From: a virus
Reading direction: 5' to 3' (one strand)
Length of the DNA: 64,000 nt
IMG/VR virus record: IMGVR_UViG_3300028569_002586
Span: 32,001-96,000 of that record
Below are positions 38,984-47,635 of this stretch, piece by piece. A program made the position numbers and the translations under genes. The notes below the pieces were generated by a model. That model ran no database searches. It was not told the origin of the DNA and was given only the letters and a program-made list of their open reading frames with translations. Each line of letters begins with the position of its first letter. Position 1 is the stretch's first letter.

Positions 38984-40007
38984 TTTCAATCATTAGCAAT
39001 TTAGCTTTGATATCACTGAAAGAGTTTTGAATTACAAAATCAGTATCTAAGCTATTCATATTATTGGCAATACAATATTCATTTAAATCTTTGAATTCTT
39101 TGCCCATTTTCTCAGGCCATATAAAAACAGTTTCACCATTTTCAACTAACTTCATGGTTTTCTTTCTGCTAGCTGAATCATTCCATTGACTGTCTAAAAA
39201 CCAAACTTTTTTATAGAACTTGAAATTACTGAGCTGGTCAGTTTGTAGCTTGGTGAAATTAGCATTACTATTCTCTTGAATGCCTGCTACAGCTGTACCA
39301 TTTTTAATGAAGAAAGAATCAATTGGGCCTTCGAAAATAAAAACATATTCCAAATCTGAAGTTATGGTATTGATATTATATAATGATTTTTCACTGTTTA
39401 CCTTTGAGAGATATTTTGGGTAGTACTTTAAGCTATCATTTAATATTGTTCTGGATTGATAGAATATAATGTCATTGTTTTGATCATAAAATGGAATAAT
39501 AAGTCTATTTTTATGAACCTTATCAACAAGCGATAGCCACAGTGTTTGTGGTTTATTGATTGCAGTATGTAGCTTTCTCTTGACAATTAGTTTGAGAGCT
39601 TCTCTAACAATTGGATTATCTTTATAGTAGGTTAATTGCTGCTTGTCAAATAGATTAATTGAATCTTTTGGCAGCTTATTAACTGGTATTATTTTCTTAA
39701 CTTCAGGTTTATCGAGCAACAGATCGAGGGGTAGTATGTCAAAGTTTTTAGATTCATCAAAAATTTCTTTTGGTGTTAAGCAGGCTACTGTTTCAATCCA
39801 TTTGAAGGGGTTGCTAAACCAACCACAGTTGTGACAGCAGATATTATTTTTTTCGACAACATAATAACAGCGCCTCTTCTTGCCCCAAGATGCCCCTTCT
39901 CTGCATATAGGGCACCCAGCCTCATACACGTTGGTAAACTTCTTGAAGCGTGGATAACCAGCGTATTGGTAGAATTTCTGAACAATATACTCTCTAGGCA
40001 GTATCAC
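38964..40007 (-). CDS. gp61: DNA primase (gp61)
   Basis: CPIC...CHNCG zinc finger, RLIIPF, YQSR, EGPIDS TOPRIM, KDLNE. Confidence 0.92.
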   Translation of the reverse strand: MILPREYIVQKFYQYAGYPRFKKFTNVYEAGCPICREGASWGKKRRCYYVVEKNNICCHNCGWFSNPFKWIETVACLTPKEIFDESKNFDILPLDLLLDKPEVKKIIPVNKLPKDSINLFDKQQLTYYKDNPIVREALKLIVKRKLHTAINKPQTLWLSLVDKVHKNRLIIPFYDQNNDIIFYQSRTILNDSLKYYPKYLSKVNSEKSLYNINTITSDLEYVFIFEGPIDSFFIKNGTAVAGIQENSNANFTKLQTDQLSNFKFYKKVWFLDSQWNDSASRKKTMKLVENGETVFIWPEKMGKEFKDLNEYCIANNMNSLDTDFVIQNSFSDIKAKLLMIEISRWKK

Positions 40008-40013
40008 TACTAT

Positions 40014-40041
40014 AGTATACAGGAAGCAGATGCAAAGTTAA
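40014..40041 (-). promoter_or_regulatory. sigma70-type promoter TTAACT-16-TATACT, 6 nt before primase GTG
   Basis: Good -10, weaker -35. Confidence 0.55.
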
Positions 40042-40043
40042 AC

Positions 40044-40232
40044 TTATTTTTGTTCGGGCTTTGTAATTTCTCTGATGGAGACAGTGCCTTTTCTGATAAA
40101 GGTGCCACTTGCTGGATCAATCCATTCAGCTTCAACAATCTCTTTATTTCCCCTTATATATGTCTTGAGGATGGGTCTGCACGGTTGTCCGCTTATGGGG
40201 GATACAATAACCTTTGGTTCTACCATGTCCAT
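40044..40232 (-). CDS. Small late protein (62 aa, MDMVEPK...); start reassigned to ATG 40232
   Basis: TAAATA at 40238-40243, 5 nt upstream. Confidence 0.55.
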   Translation of the reverse strand: MDMVEPKVIVSPISGQPCRPILKTYIRGNKEIVEAEWIDPASGTFIRKGTVSIREITKPEQK

Positions 40233-40236
40233 ATTA

Positions 40237-40530
40237 CTATTTACTCTCAGATTGTGGAATTCTATAGTCAATAAGGTTTTTATTATACTGCACGTTACAC
40301 ACGTTAAACACTTTTCTTGGCAAGCGTTCCACAATGTCTATAATTTTATTATCCAACCCAAATTTAAATTTATCGCATGGCACTGTGCGTATCTTCATTT
40401 CTGGTAAAGAAAGAAAGAAGTCTTGACTGTCATTATTCTCCATGAAGACAAAGAGCTCTCCTAGATATTTGCCTCCTGTGATGGCATACACATATCCTTT
40501 CTTGGGGTGTGTTTTCTTAAAAAAAATCAT
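40237..40530 (-). CDS. Hypothetical protein
   Basis: ORF coupled (ATGA) to the RmlD-like gene. Confidence 0.55.
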   Translation of the reverse strand: MIFFKKTHPKKGYVYAITGGKYLGELFVFMENNDSQDFFLSLPEMKIRTVPCDKFKFGLDNKIIDIVERLPRKVFNVCNVQYNKNLIDYRIPQSESK

Positions 40531-41375
40531 ATGTGTTTTGATAGATCATAGATGCATCTATCTACAGCAGTAAGGGTATCAGAAAGCTCCAAGCCCATAC
40601 TACAGATTTTATCTGTTGCTAGCACACAATTAGATCTGCCAGCAATAATATTAAGTTTATCAATATCAACAAAAGTCCAGTTGGGATTAGTCATATTATG
40701 ATGTCTGAACATTTCAACAATATGTTTTGCATTAGTGGATGCAGTATTAACAACATTGTATATACCAGGTTTAAAGTTATGTAAGAATTTGAAAATAAAG
40801 GTGTTGAGATCATCGATGCTTGTTAGGCTGTTATCAAAGCTTATTAGATTATTGTATTTGAAGATTTTGTACAAGTAATTCTTTGATTCCAGAGTATTAG
40901 TAAAGGGCATTCTTATTCTCAAGATTGCAGCGTAGTCAAGATCTGTAACAGTTTCAAAGGCATGCTTGGTTTTTGAGTAAAAGCTTGAATCTGTGTAAAA
41001 AAGTCCAAAATTGGGTGCATCTTTTTCAGTGAATCTCTTTTCATATCCTGTGTATATGCAGCCGCTGGACACATGCATGCAAGGTACACTCAGATCTTTG
41101 CATACTTTGGTGATGATATTAGGAACAACAACGTTATAAAGCCAACATAAATCTTTATTCAACTCACATGCATCAACATTGGGTGCACCTGTGTATCCTG
41201 AACAATTAACAACTGCTGTTATTTTATTCTGTATAATAAAATCAATTAAATGTGAAGGCTTGCTATAGTCAATATCACTTTTTCCAATTAATGCGGACTT
41301 GAAATCTATATTATCAAAATAGTTCTTGAGTTTGGTACCAACAAAACCTTTGCCTAAAATAAGAGTATGAGACAT
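40527..41375 (-). CDS. NAD(P)-dependent sugar epimerase/reductase, RmlD / NDP-rhamnose synthase-like
   Basis: GKGFVG Rossmann motif, GYTGAPNVDACE, SSGCIY, YSKTK (YxxxK), ILRIRMP. Confidence 0.85.
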   Translation of the reverse strand: MSHTLILGKGFVGTKLKNYFDNIDFKSALIGKSDIDYSKPSHLIDFIIQNKITAVVNCSGYTGAPNVDACELNKDLCWLYNVVVPNIITKVCKDLSVPCMHVSSGCIYTGYEKRFTEKDAPNFGLFYTDSSFYSKTKHAFETVTDLDYAAILRIRMPFTNTLESKNYLYKIFKYNNLISFDNSLTSIDDLNTFIFKFLHNFKPGIYNVVNTASTNAKHIVEMFRHHNMTNPNWTFVDIDKLNIIAGRSNCVLATDKICSMGLELSDTLTAVDRCIYDLSKHI

Positions 41376-41382
41376 CTCTATA

Positions 41383-41410
41383 ATAATAGAGGGGAGCTAG
41401 ATAATATCAA
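41383..41410 (-). promoter_or_regulatory. sigma70-type promoter TTGATA-16-TATTAT, 7 nt before ATG 41375
   Basis: Motifs and spacing. Confidence 0.65.
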
Positions 41411-41727
41411 CTGTCTTCTCGGGAATTGCAATTTATAAAAAACTTATTTACAAGTGTTGCAAGAGAGTCAGCTTCTTGCTGATTATGTGCAGAGATAATA
41501 TTGACTGGTTCACCTTCTTCAGTGTAACCCAGTATGATGAAGCTATTGAGGAACTCTTGCACTGTGTGGTTTAATGCCTCGAGATCTTTTCTGCGATCTG
41601 ATTTTTCTAGTATTTTTTTGTGAAGAAATTTTTGAATTGCTTTGTTGGTGACGTCAGTAACTTCCTCGTGTTTGGCAGGATCAAAAGAATCAGAATTACT
41701 TTTCTGTTTGTTGGATGGTTTCTTCAT
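41407..41727 (-). CDS. Hypothetical late protein
   Basis: ORF; TAAATA at 41734-41739, 6 nt upstream, inside the upstream CDS. Confidence 0.55.
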   Translation of the reverse strand: MKKPSNKQKSNSDSFDPAKHEEVTDVTNKAIQKFLHKKILEKSDRRKDLEALNHTVQEFLNSFIILGYTEEGEPVNIISAHNQQEADSLATLVNKFFINCNSREDS

Positions 41728-42079
41728 TTGAAGTATTTAATGTTTTGGTACTATATCTATCCTTGCCTGGGTAAGAATCATTATTAATACCATGTTTCAT
41801 AAGAAAATCAATAATAACATTCATACTGTCAGTCTTAATATAGAAGTTTTTAGGTATGCGTACACCGCCATCATCAAATTCAAATAATGTCTCATTCATC
41901 TCATTTTTATTGCTATAGCATGTGCAGAATACAGAATTGAAGCTGGGGTTAATCATGATGGTCCATCTGCGTGGATCACTCTTTGCAAAGACAGAAAAGA
42001 GTCTTATGACAACAAATCCATTGTCTCTAAGTCTTTTGATGAAATAACCAGGTGTTCTTATTTTATTTTTTGATATCAT
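41696..42079 (-). CDS. Hypothetical protein
   Basis: ORF starting 3 nt after the gp45 stop. Confidence 0.55.
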   Translation of the reverse strand: MISKNKIRTPGYFIKRLRDNGFVVIRLFSVFAKSDPRRWTIMINPSFNSVFCTCYSNKNEMNETLFEFDDGGVRIPKNFYIKTDSMNVIIDFLMKHGINNDSYPGKDRYSTKTLNTSNEETIQQTEK

Positions 42080-42082
42080 AAA

Positions 42083-42814
42083 TTAATTGGCTAAGGCAGA
42101 TATTACAAATTTTATTTGTGTATTAGTTAGTACAGTATCAAACATGAAGACGCCTATTTTTGCAGAAAATGAGCAGTTTAGCTCTTTAAACTTCATAGAA
42201 GAAATTATTCTAAAGATTTCAAAATTCAACGGCGTAGCTACAGCTAGTTGCGGTCCACTGTATGTTGTAGATATCTTCAAACCATAGGAATCAACATTAG
42301 GGCGTGTTTTATCCGTTAATTCCCCGGTCACAGTATTGTCTCTAAAGGTGAGATAGATCTTGTTGGTGTCAGTAGCTACTGAGCTTCCTTTGATAAGATT
42401 AATAATGTCAGGATAATTGAGAGTAAATTTACCATCAAAAGTGAGGTTATTGAGTTTATCTACACTGAGCTTTGGAACAATGATAATACCATCCTCAAAC
42501 AAATGATATTTGAATCTTATATCATCGGATTTGTAGGATATGTTGTTCCCGTCAACATCTAAGACAATTTCATTCTTATCTATTACTGATAATATTCTAA
42601 CTAATTTAGTTAAATCAGGTATATTCAGTATTAGCTCATCATACTTGTCAGGCAGTGTGTAAATAGAGCTTAGAATAATTGTATTATCAGAAGTAGCAAT
42701 GAGAGTGGATAATATGTTGTCTTTTAGTTTTAGAACAGCGCTGTTAGTTACCTTACTTACTGGGATGAGAAAATTAGTTAAAAAGGTATTCTTATCTACT
42801 ATCTTGAGATTCAT
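42083..42814 (-). CDS. gp45: Sliding clamp (gp45-like)
   Basis: 243 aa alpha/beta; LNIPDL.KL.RILS pattern; replication cluster. Confidence 0.7.
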   Translation of the reverse strand: MNLKIVDKNTFLTNFLIPVSKVTNSAVLKLKDNILSTLIATSDNTIILSSIYTLPDKYDELILNIPDLTKLVRILSVIDKNEIVLDVDGNNISYKSDDIRFKYHLFEDGIIIVPKLSVDKLNNLTFDGKFTLNYPDIINLIKGSSVATDTNKIYLTFRDNTVTGELTDKTRPNVDSYGLKISTTYSGPQLAVATPLNFEIFRIISSMKFKELNCSFSAKIGVFMFDTVLTNTQIKFVISALAN

Positions 42815-42821
42815 TTAACTT

Positions 42822-42849
42822 ATTTTAACTGATAGTATTTGTAAATCAA
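42822..42849 (-). promoter_or_regulatory. sigma70-type promoter TTGATT-16-TAAAAT, 7 nt before clamp ATG
   Basis: Motifs and spacing. Confidence 0.65.
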
Positions 42850-42862
42850 TACAAATACAGAT

Positions 42863-43249
42863 TTATCGCGAGGAAAGCTTTGTTACTATTTTTTCAAGAG
42901 CTTCAATTTTTCTTAGAATGGTATCAATGCGGTCAAATATTTTTTGTGCAGTAGCGCTGTTATCAAAATTAAATTCCAATTGATTGGGGTCACCTTGAGG
43001 TTGCTGAAGCATAGGAGCTGGAGCGGGTGGCAGCTGTGGCTGAATATATTGTGGTGCTTGTTGGTTTCTTGTAATACCAGGTATGGAGTTAAGAATATCT
43101 TGAGGCTGTATTGTAAGTCCTTGCAGATTTCTATTCCTATCAATAATATTTTTATCGATTTCCTTGACTTCACCCATTAAATTTTGCCCCAAAAACTGGA
43201 GCGTAATGAGCTTTGCCTCGTCAGGTGAAATGTCCCTAAATGTATCCAT
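42863..43249 (-). CDS. Hypothetical protein with Gln/Pro linker and C-terminal coiled coil
   Basis: ORF downstream of gp32. Confidence 0.55.
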   Translation of the reverse strand: MDTFRDISPDEAKLITLQFLGQNLMGEVKEIDKNIIDRNRNLQGLTIQPQDILNSIPGITRNQQAPQYIQPQLPPAPAPMLQQPQGDPNQLEFNFDNSATAQKIFDRIDTILRKIEALEKIVTKLSSR

Positions 43250-43255
43250 TATGGA

Positions 43256-44110
43256 TTATAGGTCGTCAAGGAGCTTCTTAAGAGCATCATCTTCACTAGA
43301 AGAGGCTGCAGTAGCAGTTGACACTTCTTTTTTGGGCACAACATTGCTCTTAGCTTGTGGCTTAGCTTCTTGAGTTTCTTTAACAACCTCTTCAATATCC
43401 ACATTACAATAGTAATGTCTATTGAGAAGATCTTTGAGTTCATCATAACTCTTAACAGTTACATATGACTCCAATTCAAAGACATTCTTATAGATCTTAT
43501 CATAGGCGTCTTCATCTAGCCCCTCAACCTCTTTAGGAGTTGTAAACTTTGAAGATACATATGTTGGATAATCACCTTGTTTCTCAACTTTAATCTTCAA
43601 GTTAACGCCTTTGGGTGTCAGATCAAAGATGCGAGGTCCAAGCTCTTCAGCTTCTTCACCCTGCATGGCATCCATGACAATCTTGTAAAGTTGTTTACCA
43701 AACCTCAATACTTTGATCTTGTTATTATTCTCCTCGTTAACAGGATCATTGATAACATAGCAATTTACTAACCAACGTTCAGTACGAACAATACTTTTAG
43801 CTTTTTCCTTCTCTTGCTCAGTACCGCTCCTCAAGACACGGTATCTCTCTTCAGCAATAGGATCACGTTGATTCCAGGTGGTGGGGCTCACTGCAGTAAT
43901 AAGTTGGCCTGTAGAGAAGCTGTTCCATCCATAAGAATAGTGATGCAAAAATGTTTTAGATGGGTCTTTGATATTAGGAAGAAGACGGACTGTGTAAGTA
44001 TTGCCTACTTCAGTGCGCAAATAATCTTTAATTTTGTTAGAGCTAGCTTGGTTTTCTTTAGTGAGAGCAGACTTGATGCTCTCAAACATCGAGGAAGTTA
44101 ATGAATTCAT
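43256..44110 (-). CDS. gp32: Single-stranded DNA-binding protein (gp32)
   Basis: VRLLP, DPI.E, N.YVINDP...NN.KIKV.RFGKQLYK, IFDL..G.N.KIK, acidic tail. Confidence 0.9.
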   Translation of the reverse strand: MNSLTSSMFESIKSALTKENQASSNKIKDYLRTEVGNTYTVRLLPNIKDPSKTFLHHYSYGWNSFSTGQLITAVSPTTWNQRDPIAEERYRVLRSGTEQEKEKAKSIVRTERWLVNCYVINDPVNEENNNKIKVLRFGKQLYKIVMDAMQGEEAEELGPRIFDLTPKGVNLKIKVEKQGDYPTYVSSKFTTPKEVEGLDEDAYDKIYKNVFELESYVTVKSYDELKDLLNRHYYCNVDIEEVVKETQEAKPQAKSNVVPKKEVSTATAASSSEDDALKKLLDDL

Positions 44111-44116
44111 AAACTT

Positions 44117-44144
44117 ATAATATATGTTATTTTATATAGTTCAA
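44117..44144 (-). promoter_or_regulatory. sigma70-type promoter TTGAAC-16-TATTAT, 6 nt before gp32 ATG
   Basis: Motifs and spacing. Confidence 0.65.
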
Positions 44145-44145
44145 C

Positions 44146-44781
44146 TTAAATTTTAATTTTTTTTAAGCCTTCTTCCACCAATATTCTGCACTTGTTAGAA
44201 TTTAAGAACTTTACTTTGAACATGCTGAAGTTGTTAGAAAAGTCTTCACCGAGCATGAATCTTGTTATTTCTAAATCTGCTTTTTTATAATTACTCTCAA
44301 AATCCAAGAATCCAAATAAGGCATATATATTAATATTTCTTTCTTTGAGGTGCAGCAAGAAGGTGGCCATATTGTTTGTTGTGTGGTATATGTATTGATC
44401 AACGTTGATGCTGTTTATTTTGCAAAAATCGCGTATAAAAACAAGGGAATCCTTAGTAAAGGCTAGTTGCTCAATTTCATCAGGATCTAGCTTTTCACGT
44501 CTTTTTTGAACAATTGTATATGCTTTTGAAGCTTTTAAAGAGGTAAAGTATTTCAAATCAAGAAACTGAGAATCTGAATAAACAAGGAACGATGCTCTGA
44601 AGAACTCCTCAGGCTTAATATTTTTATTACGTGTAAAGAAGTTGGAAAGTTTCTTTAGATATACAAATTTTTCATCATCAAGGGTATCAAAATCTTTTCT
44701 AATTTTGTACGGCTTGTTGTTTGACGATCTAGATACTTTTAAATATGTGTTGTATATGTGTTTGTCAAAATCATTTACCAT
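44146..44781 (-). CDS. Probable helicase loader (gp59-like)
   Basis: 211 aa basic; IY.TYL...KF.YL.KLS pattern; directly upstream of gp32 as in T4. Confidence 0.55.
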   Translation of the reverse strand: MVNDFDKHIYNTYLKVSRSSNNKPYKIRKDFDTLDDEKFVYLKKLSNFFTRNKNIKPEEFFRASFLVYSDSQFLDLKYFTSLKASKAYTIVQKRREKLDPDEIEQLAFTKDSLVFIRDFCKINSINVDQYIYHTTNNMATFLLHLKERNINIYALFGFLDFESNYKKADLEITRFMLGEDFSNNFSMFKVKFLNSNKCRILVEEGLKKIKI

Positions 44782-44986
44782 TATAAAATTTCCACTTATT
44801 TCTGTAGAGTTGTGATCTTAGTTTTCTTTTCATGCTTGGTTTATAATGGTATCTTCTAGCTCTCGATTCTTCAAGCACAAAGTTTTTTTGAACTTCACTT
44901 GAGAACTTTTTCAGCATTTTATCAAAGTATGCTTTATCTGTGCATCTTTCTTTTTTGAGTTTCACTTCAGCTCGTATTATTATCAT
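44771..44986 (-). CDS. rpsU: Ribosomal protein bS21 (phage-encoded)
   Basis: FDKMLKKFSSEVQKNFVLEESRARRYHYKPSMKRK aligns with the E. coli S21 core [35 protein letters not shown]; 71 aa, basic. Confidence 0.85.
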   Translation of the reverse strand: MIIIRAEVKLKKERCTDKAYFDKMLKKFSSEVQKNFVLEESRARRYHYKPSMKRKLRSQLYRNKWKFYNGK

Positions 44987-45264
44987 AAAGCATTAAAATT
45001 CTTAGAATTTATAAATTTCATTATATATTTACTCTTATAAAGAGTTGGATCATACTGTAAGAAATATCTTAGTGCAAAATAGTCATTCTTAAAATCACAA
45101 TAATTCTTGAGAAGGTCACGGTACTTCTTATTCTTGAGAACAAGTAGAAAAACGTTAGCGAGGTTTAGCTTTTTTGTGCCAAGCAATGTGCAGAAAGTGC
45201 AAAATGAGAGAAACAGATGTGCGACCTCGAAGTGTGCTATCTTTTCAGAAGGATCAATATTCAT
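44983..45264 (-). CDS. Hypothetical protein
   Basis: ORF coupled to both neighbours. Confidence 0.55.
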   Translation of the reverse strand: MNIDPSEKIAHFEVAHLFLSFCTFCTLLGTKKLNLANVFLLVLKNKKYRDLLKNYCDFKNDYFALRYFLQYDPTLYKSKYIMKFINSKNFNAL

Positions 45265-45614
45265 TAATTCAGAGGGTGAAGAGATTTGGAGAGCTGTATG
45301 AAATTGCTGTTGAGTTTGCCTATAGCAATATTTTCGATGCCGCCACCTTCAAATAGCTTTGCAGCAAATTTGCTTGCGTTGAGAGTACAGTTAGCAGTTT
45401 TAATAAGAATAATTTTTTTGTCAATATCAACAACCAAGGCAACATTACATTGCAAGAACTTTATAAGATTGTCAGCTGTTTCATCATACCTGTCCTTAGT
45501 AAAGGTACTTGCAACATTATACTCTTGGTTTTGAGATCCAAGAGTTATAACTCCTTGAAAGATATCTTTTTTACTGGATTCGTTGGTCACATAATCATTT
45601 ATAGATTCAGCCAA
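45264..45614 (-). CDS. Stand-alone DHHA1-like domain protein
   Basis: FAAKLFEGGG..IAIG resembles the DHHA1 GGGH..AAG motif (His absent). Confidence 0.45.
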   Translation of the reverse strand: MAESINDYVTNESSKKDIFQGVITLGSQNQEYNVASTFTKDRYDETADNLIKFLQCNVALVVDIDKKIILIKTANCTLNASKFAAKLFEGGGIENIAIGKLNSNFIQLSKSLHPLN

Positions 45615-45627
45615 GAAGGCAACTATG

Positions 45628-46953
45628 TTAATCTATGGATAAATTAGCAAGTGTAGATAATGATGAATTTGAAGCTTCAGTTTCGTTATTGATCTCGTCC
45701 TCCGTTAAGGTTAGTGTTGAATAATCAATTCTCATATTCACTGATCCAAAATTTGCGCCAAGTCTGTTTTTCATCATGCCCATTTTAATAATGCCAAGTT
45801 CTTTATCTGCATCTTCTTGCCAAATACTCAAAATAACATCTGCTGTGAAGCCCAGTCCCATGGATTCAGATAATGTATTAAGACCTGGGTCACTTATTTC
45901 ATAGCCTTGTCTGTTGAGCTGGGTGGCAGAAATAATTGGAAAATTGAACACGTAGCTCAAGGCTCTTAACTGTTCAGTAATGTACTTGACACGCTCATAT
46001 GTGTTGCTGCCGATTGTTGTGTGTAATAGATTGACATAATCAACAACAAGCGCATCAATCTTGATGCCTTTATTGGTTATCTTCTTGATAAAAGCTTTGA
46101 GATGATTTGTAGTGATTGTTGAAGGTGGAAACTCTTTAATGATAATTTTAGATTTTGACTTTGAATCTTTGTATTCTTGAAGCTGTTGAAAAAGGGTAGG
46201 TGCTTCAGACTTTAATTGACTAAATGGAATTTTGGTGATATTTGTGCACAATCTCTTAGCATATATCATTTCAGGCATTTCAAGAGTGACAAGCAGCACT
46301 GTTTTGCCTTGCTCAGCGATATTCACAGCAAGATTGCCTAAAAAGATACTTTTACCAATATTTGTTTCACCAGCAAAAATATAAATGGCTCTTCCCTGTT
46401 CCAGGAACCCTCCACCAATTTTGTCATCTAACCATTTCCACTTGGAAGGAATATAGTTTTCCACCTTGTTAAGATCATCGATGATTAAGTTTGCATCTTC
46501 AAGCAAATCAAGGCCAATATTAGTTGTTAGCGACACATTGCATACTTTCTCAAATTTGTCTAGGATAACACTGGTATCAACAGAGTTTTTATTAATATCA
46601 TCAACTGCTTCGAGCATTGCATGATAAACACCTTTTTCTTTTAAGAAAGTTTCTGTATTGCTATAAAGTTCATCGGTATTTAAGTTTTTATCAAAGCTCT
46701 CAAAACTCCTGACCACTGTCTTGAAGCTATTCTTGAGCTCATATGTGATCAGATAACTTTTGATTTCTGTAGGCGTTGGCCTGACACCCCTCTTCTGGTA
46801 GAAGTCCCTTATGACTTCAAAAATACTTTTAATATCTTTGCTCTTGAAGAACTTTGGATTTATGTGGTCAATGACAGAAGCAAGGTATGTCTCGTCTGTG
46901 AGAGACTTGTACATGACTATATTTTCAAAAAAATCTAAATCTAGCTTCTGCAT
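45628..46953 (-). CDS. gp41: Replicative DNA helicase (gp41, DnaB family)
   Basis: AGETNIGKS, TLEM, IKEFPP, VVDYVNL, SATQLNRQG, SESMG, KNR. Confidence 0.93.
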   Translation of the reverse strand: MQKLDLDFFENIVMYKSLTDETYLASVIDHINPKFFKSKDIKSIFEVIRDFYQKRGVRPTPTEIKSYLITYELKNSFKTVVRSFESFDKNLNTDELYSNTETFLKEKGVYHAMLEAVDDINKNSVDTSVILDKFEKVCNVSLTTNIGLDLLEDANLIIDDLNKVENYIPSKWKWLDDKIGGGFLEQGRAIYIFAGETNIGKSIFLGNLAVNIAEQGKTVLLVTLEMPEMIYAKRLCTNITKIPFSQLKSEAPTLFQQLQEYKDSKSKSKIIIKEFPPSTITTNHLKAFIKKITNKGIKIDALVVDYVNLLHTTIGSNTYERVKYITEQLRALSYVFNFPIISATQLNRQGYEISDPGLNTLSESMGLGFTADVILSIWQEDADKELGIIKMGMMKNRLGANFGSVNMRIDYSTLTLTEDEINNETEASNSSLSTLANLSID

Positions 46954-46959
46954 AGTAAC

Positions 46960-46965
46960 ATTATA
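46960..46965 (-). promoter_or_regulatory. -10 element TATAAT, 6 nt before gp41 ATG
   Basis: Perfect -10; no clear -35. Confidence 0.55.
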
Positions 46966-47635
46966 TACTATTGTTTGAGTATTCTCTCATAAAAGTTTCC
47001 TGGCTATCAGTAAACATTTTATCATTAATGTTCAAGAGACCAGGAGAATTATGCACAACCCATATTGGAGCAACTCCAAGTTTAAGTTTTTTCTGATTTG
47101 CATCAATGCAGCTAGCAATATCATAGTGATGAAATTTATAATTTTCATTGAACTGCCATTTCTTGCTCCTAATGCTGGCAACCTTTACACTTAAAAATAG
47201 CCCATCAAGAATAGCAACTCTGGCAGGTGTAGAGCCAAAGCTAGTCATTGCCACTGCTTCGGGTCCAGCAGGGTGGGCAACTGCACCTCTTAAATTACCA
47301 CTACCTACACCACCGCACATTATATGCCACAAGGCAGGTTTTTGTATGATAGGGTTAATACCACCAGCCAACCCAACAATATCAAAATCTCTGTGTGCAT
47401 GAATAAGTTTTTGGCACACATTAAAATCATCAACAAAGACATCGTCATGCACAAAGACTATATACTCATATAAATTTTTAGATGTTCTAATGAAATCATT
47501 ATACCTTTTGCTTAAACCTTCAGTATTGTTCTGTTCATACACAACATCGACTTCATCTGCAAGTCGATTCACAGATTCATAGAACATAGTATTAATAATG
47601 CTGCCTCTTGTGACGCTATAGAAGGCAAACTTCAT
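46961..47635 (-). CDS. GT-A fold glycosyltransferase (GT2/StrF-like)
   Basis: LS..YN, FVHDDV (DxD-like), VGLAG, LDGLF, FHHYD...C. Confidence 0.8.
   Translation of the reverse strand: MKFAFYSVTRGSIINTMFYESVNRLADEVDVVYEQNNTEGLSKRYNDFIRTSKNLYEYIVFVHDDVFVDDFNVCQKLIHAHRDFDIVGLAGGINPIIQKPALWHIMCGGVGSGNLRGAVAHPAGPEAVAMTSFGSTPARVAILDGLFLSVKVASIRSKKWQFNENYKFHHYDIASCIDANQKKLKLGVAPIWVVHNSPGLLNINDKMFTDSQETFMREYSNNSI

Noticed and set aside
38540-38989. 149-aa minus-strand ORF and other short ORFs overlapping real genes (e.g. 39831..40274, 4852..5325, 63665..63952)
   Set aside because: Antisense to better-supported genes, with atypical composition
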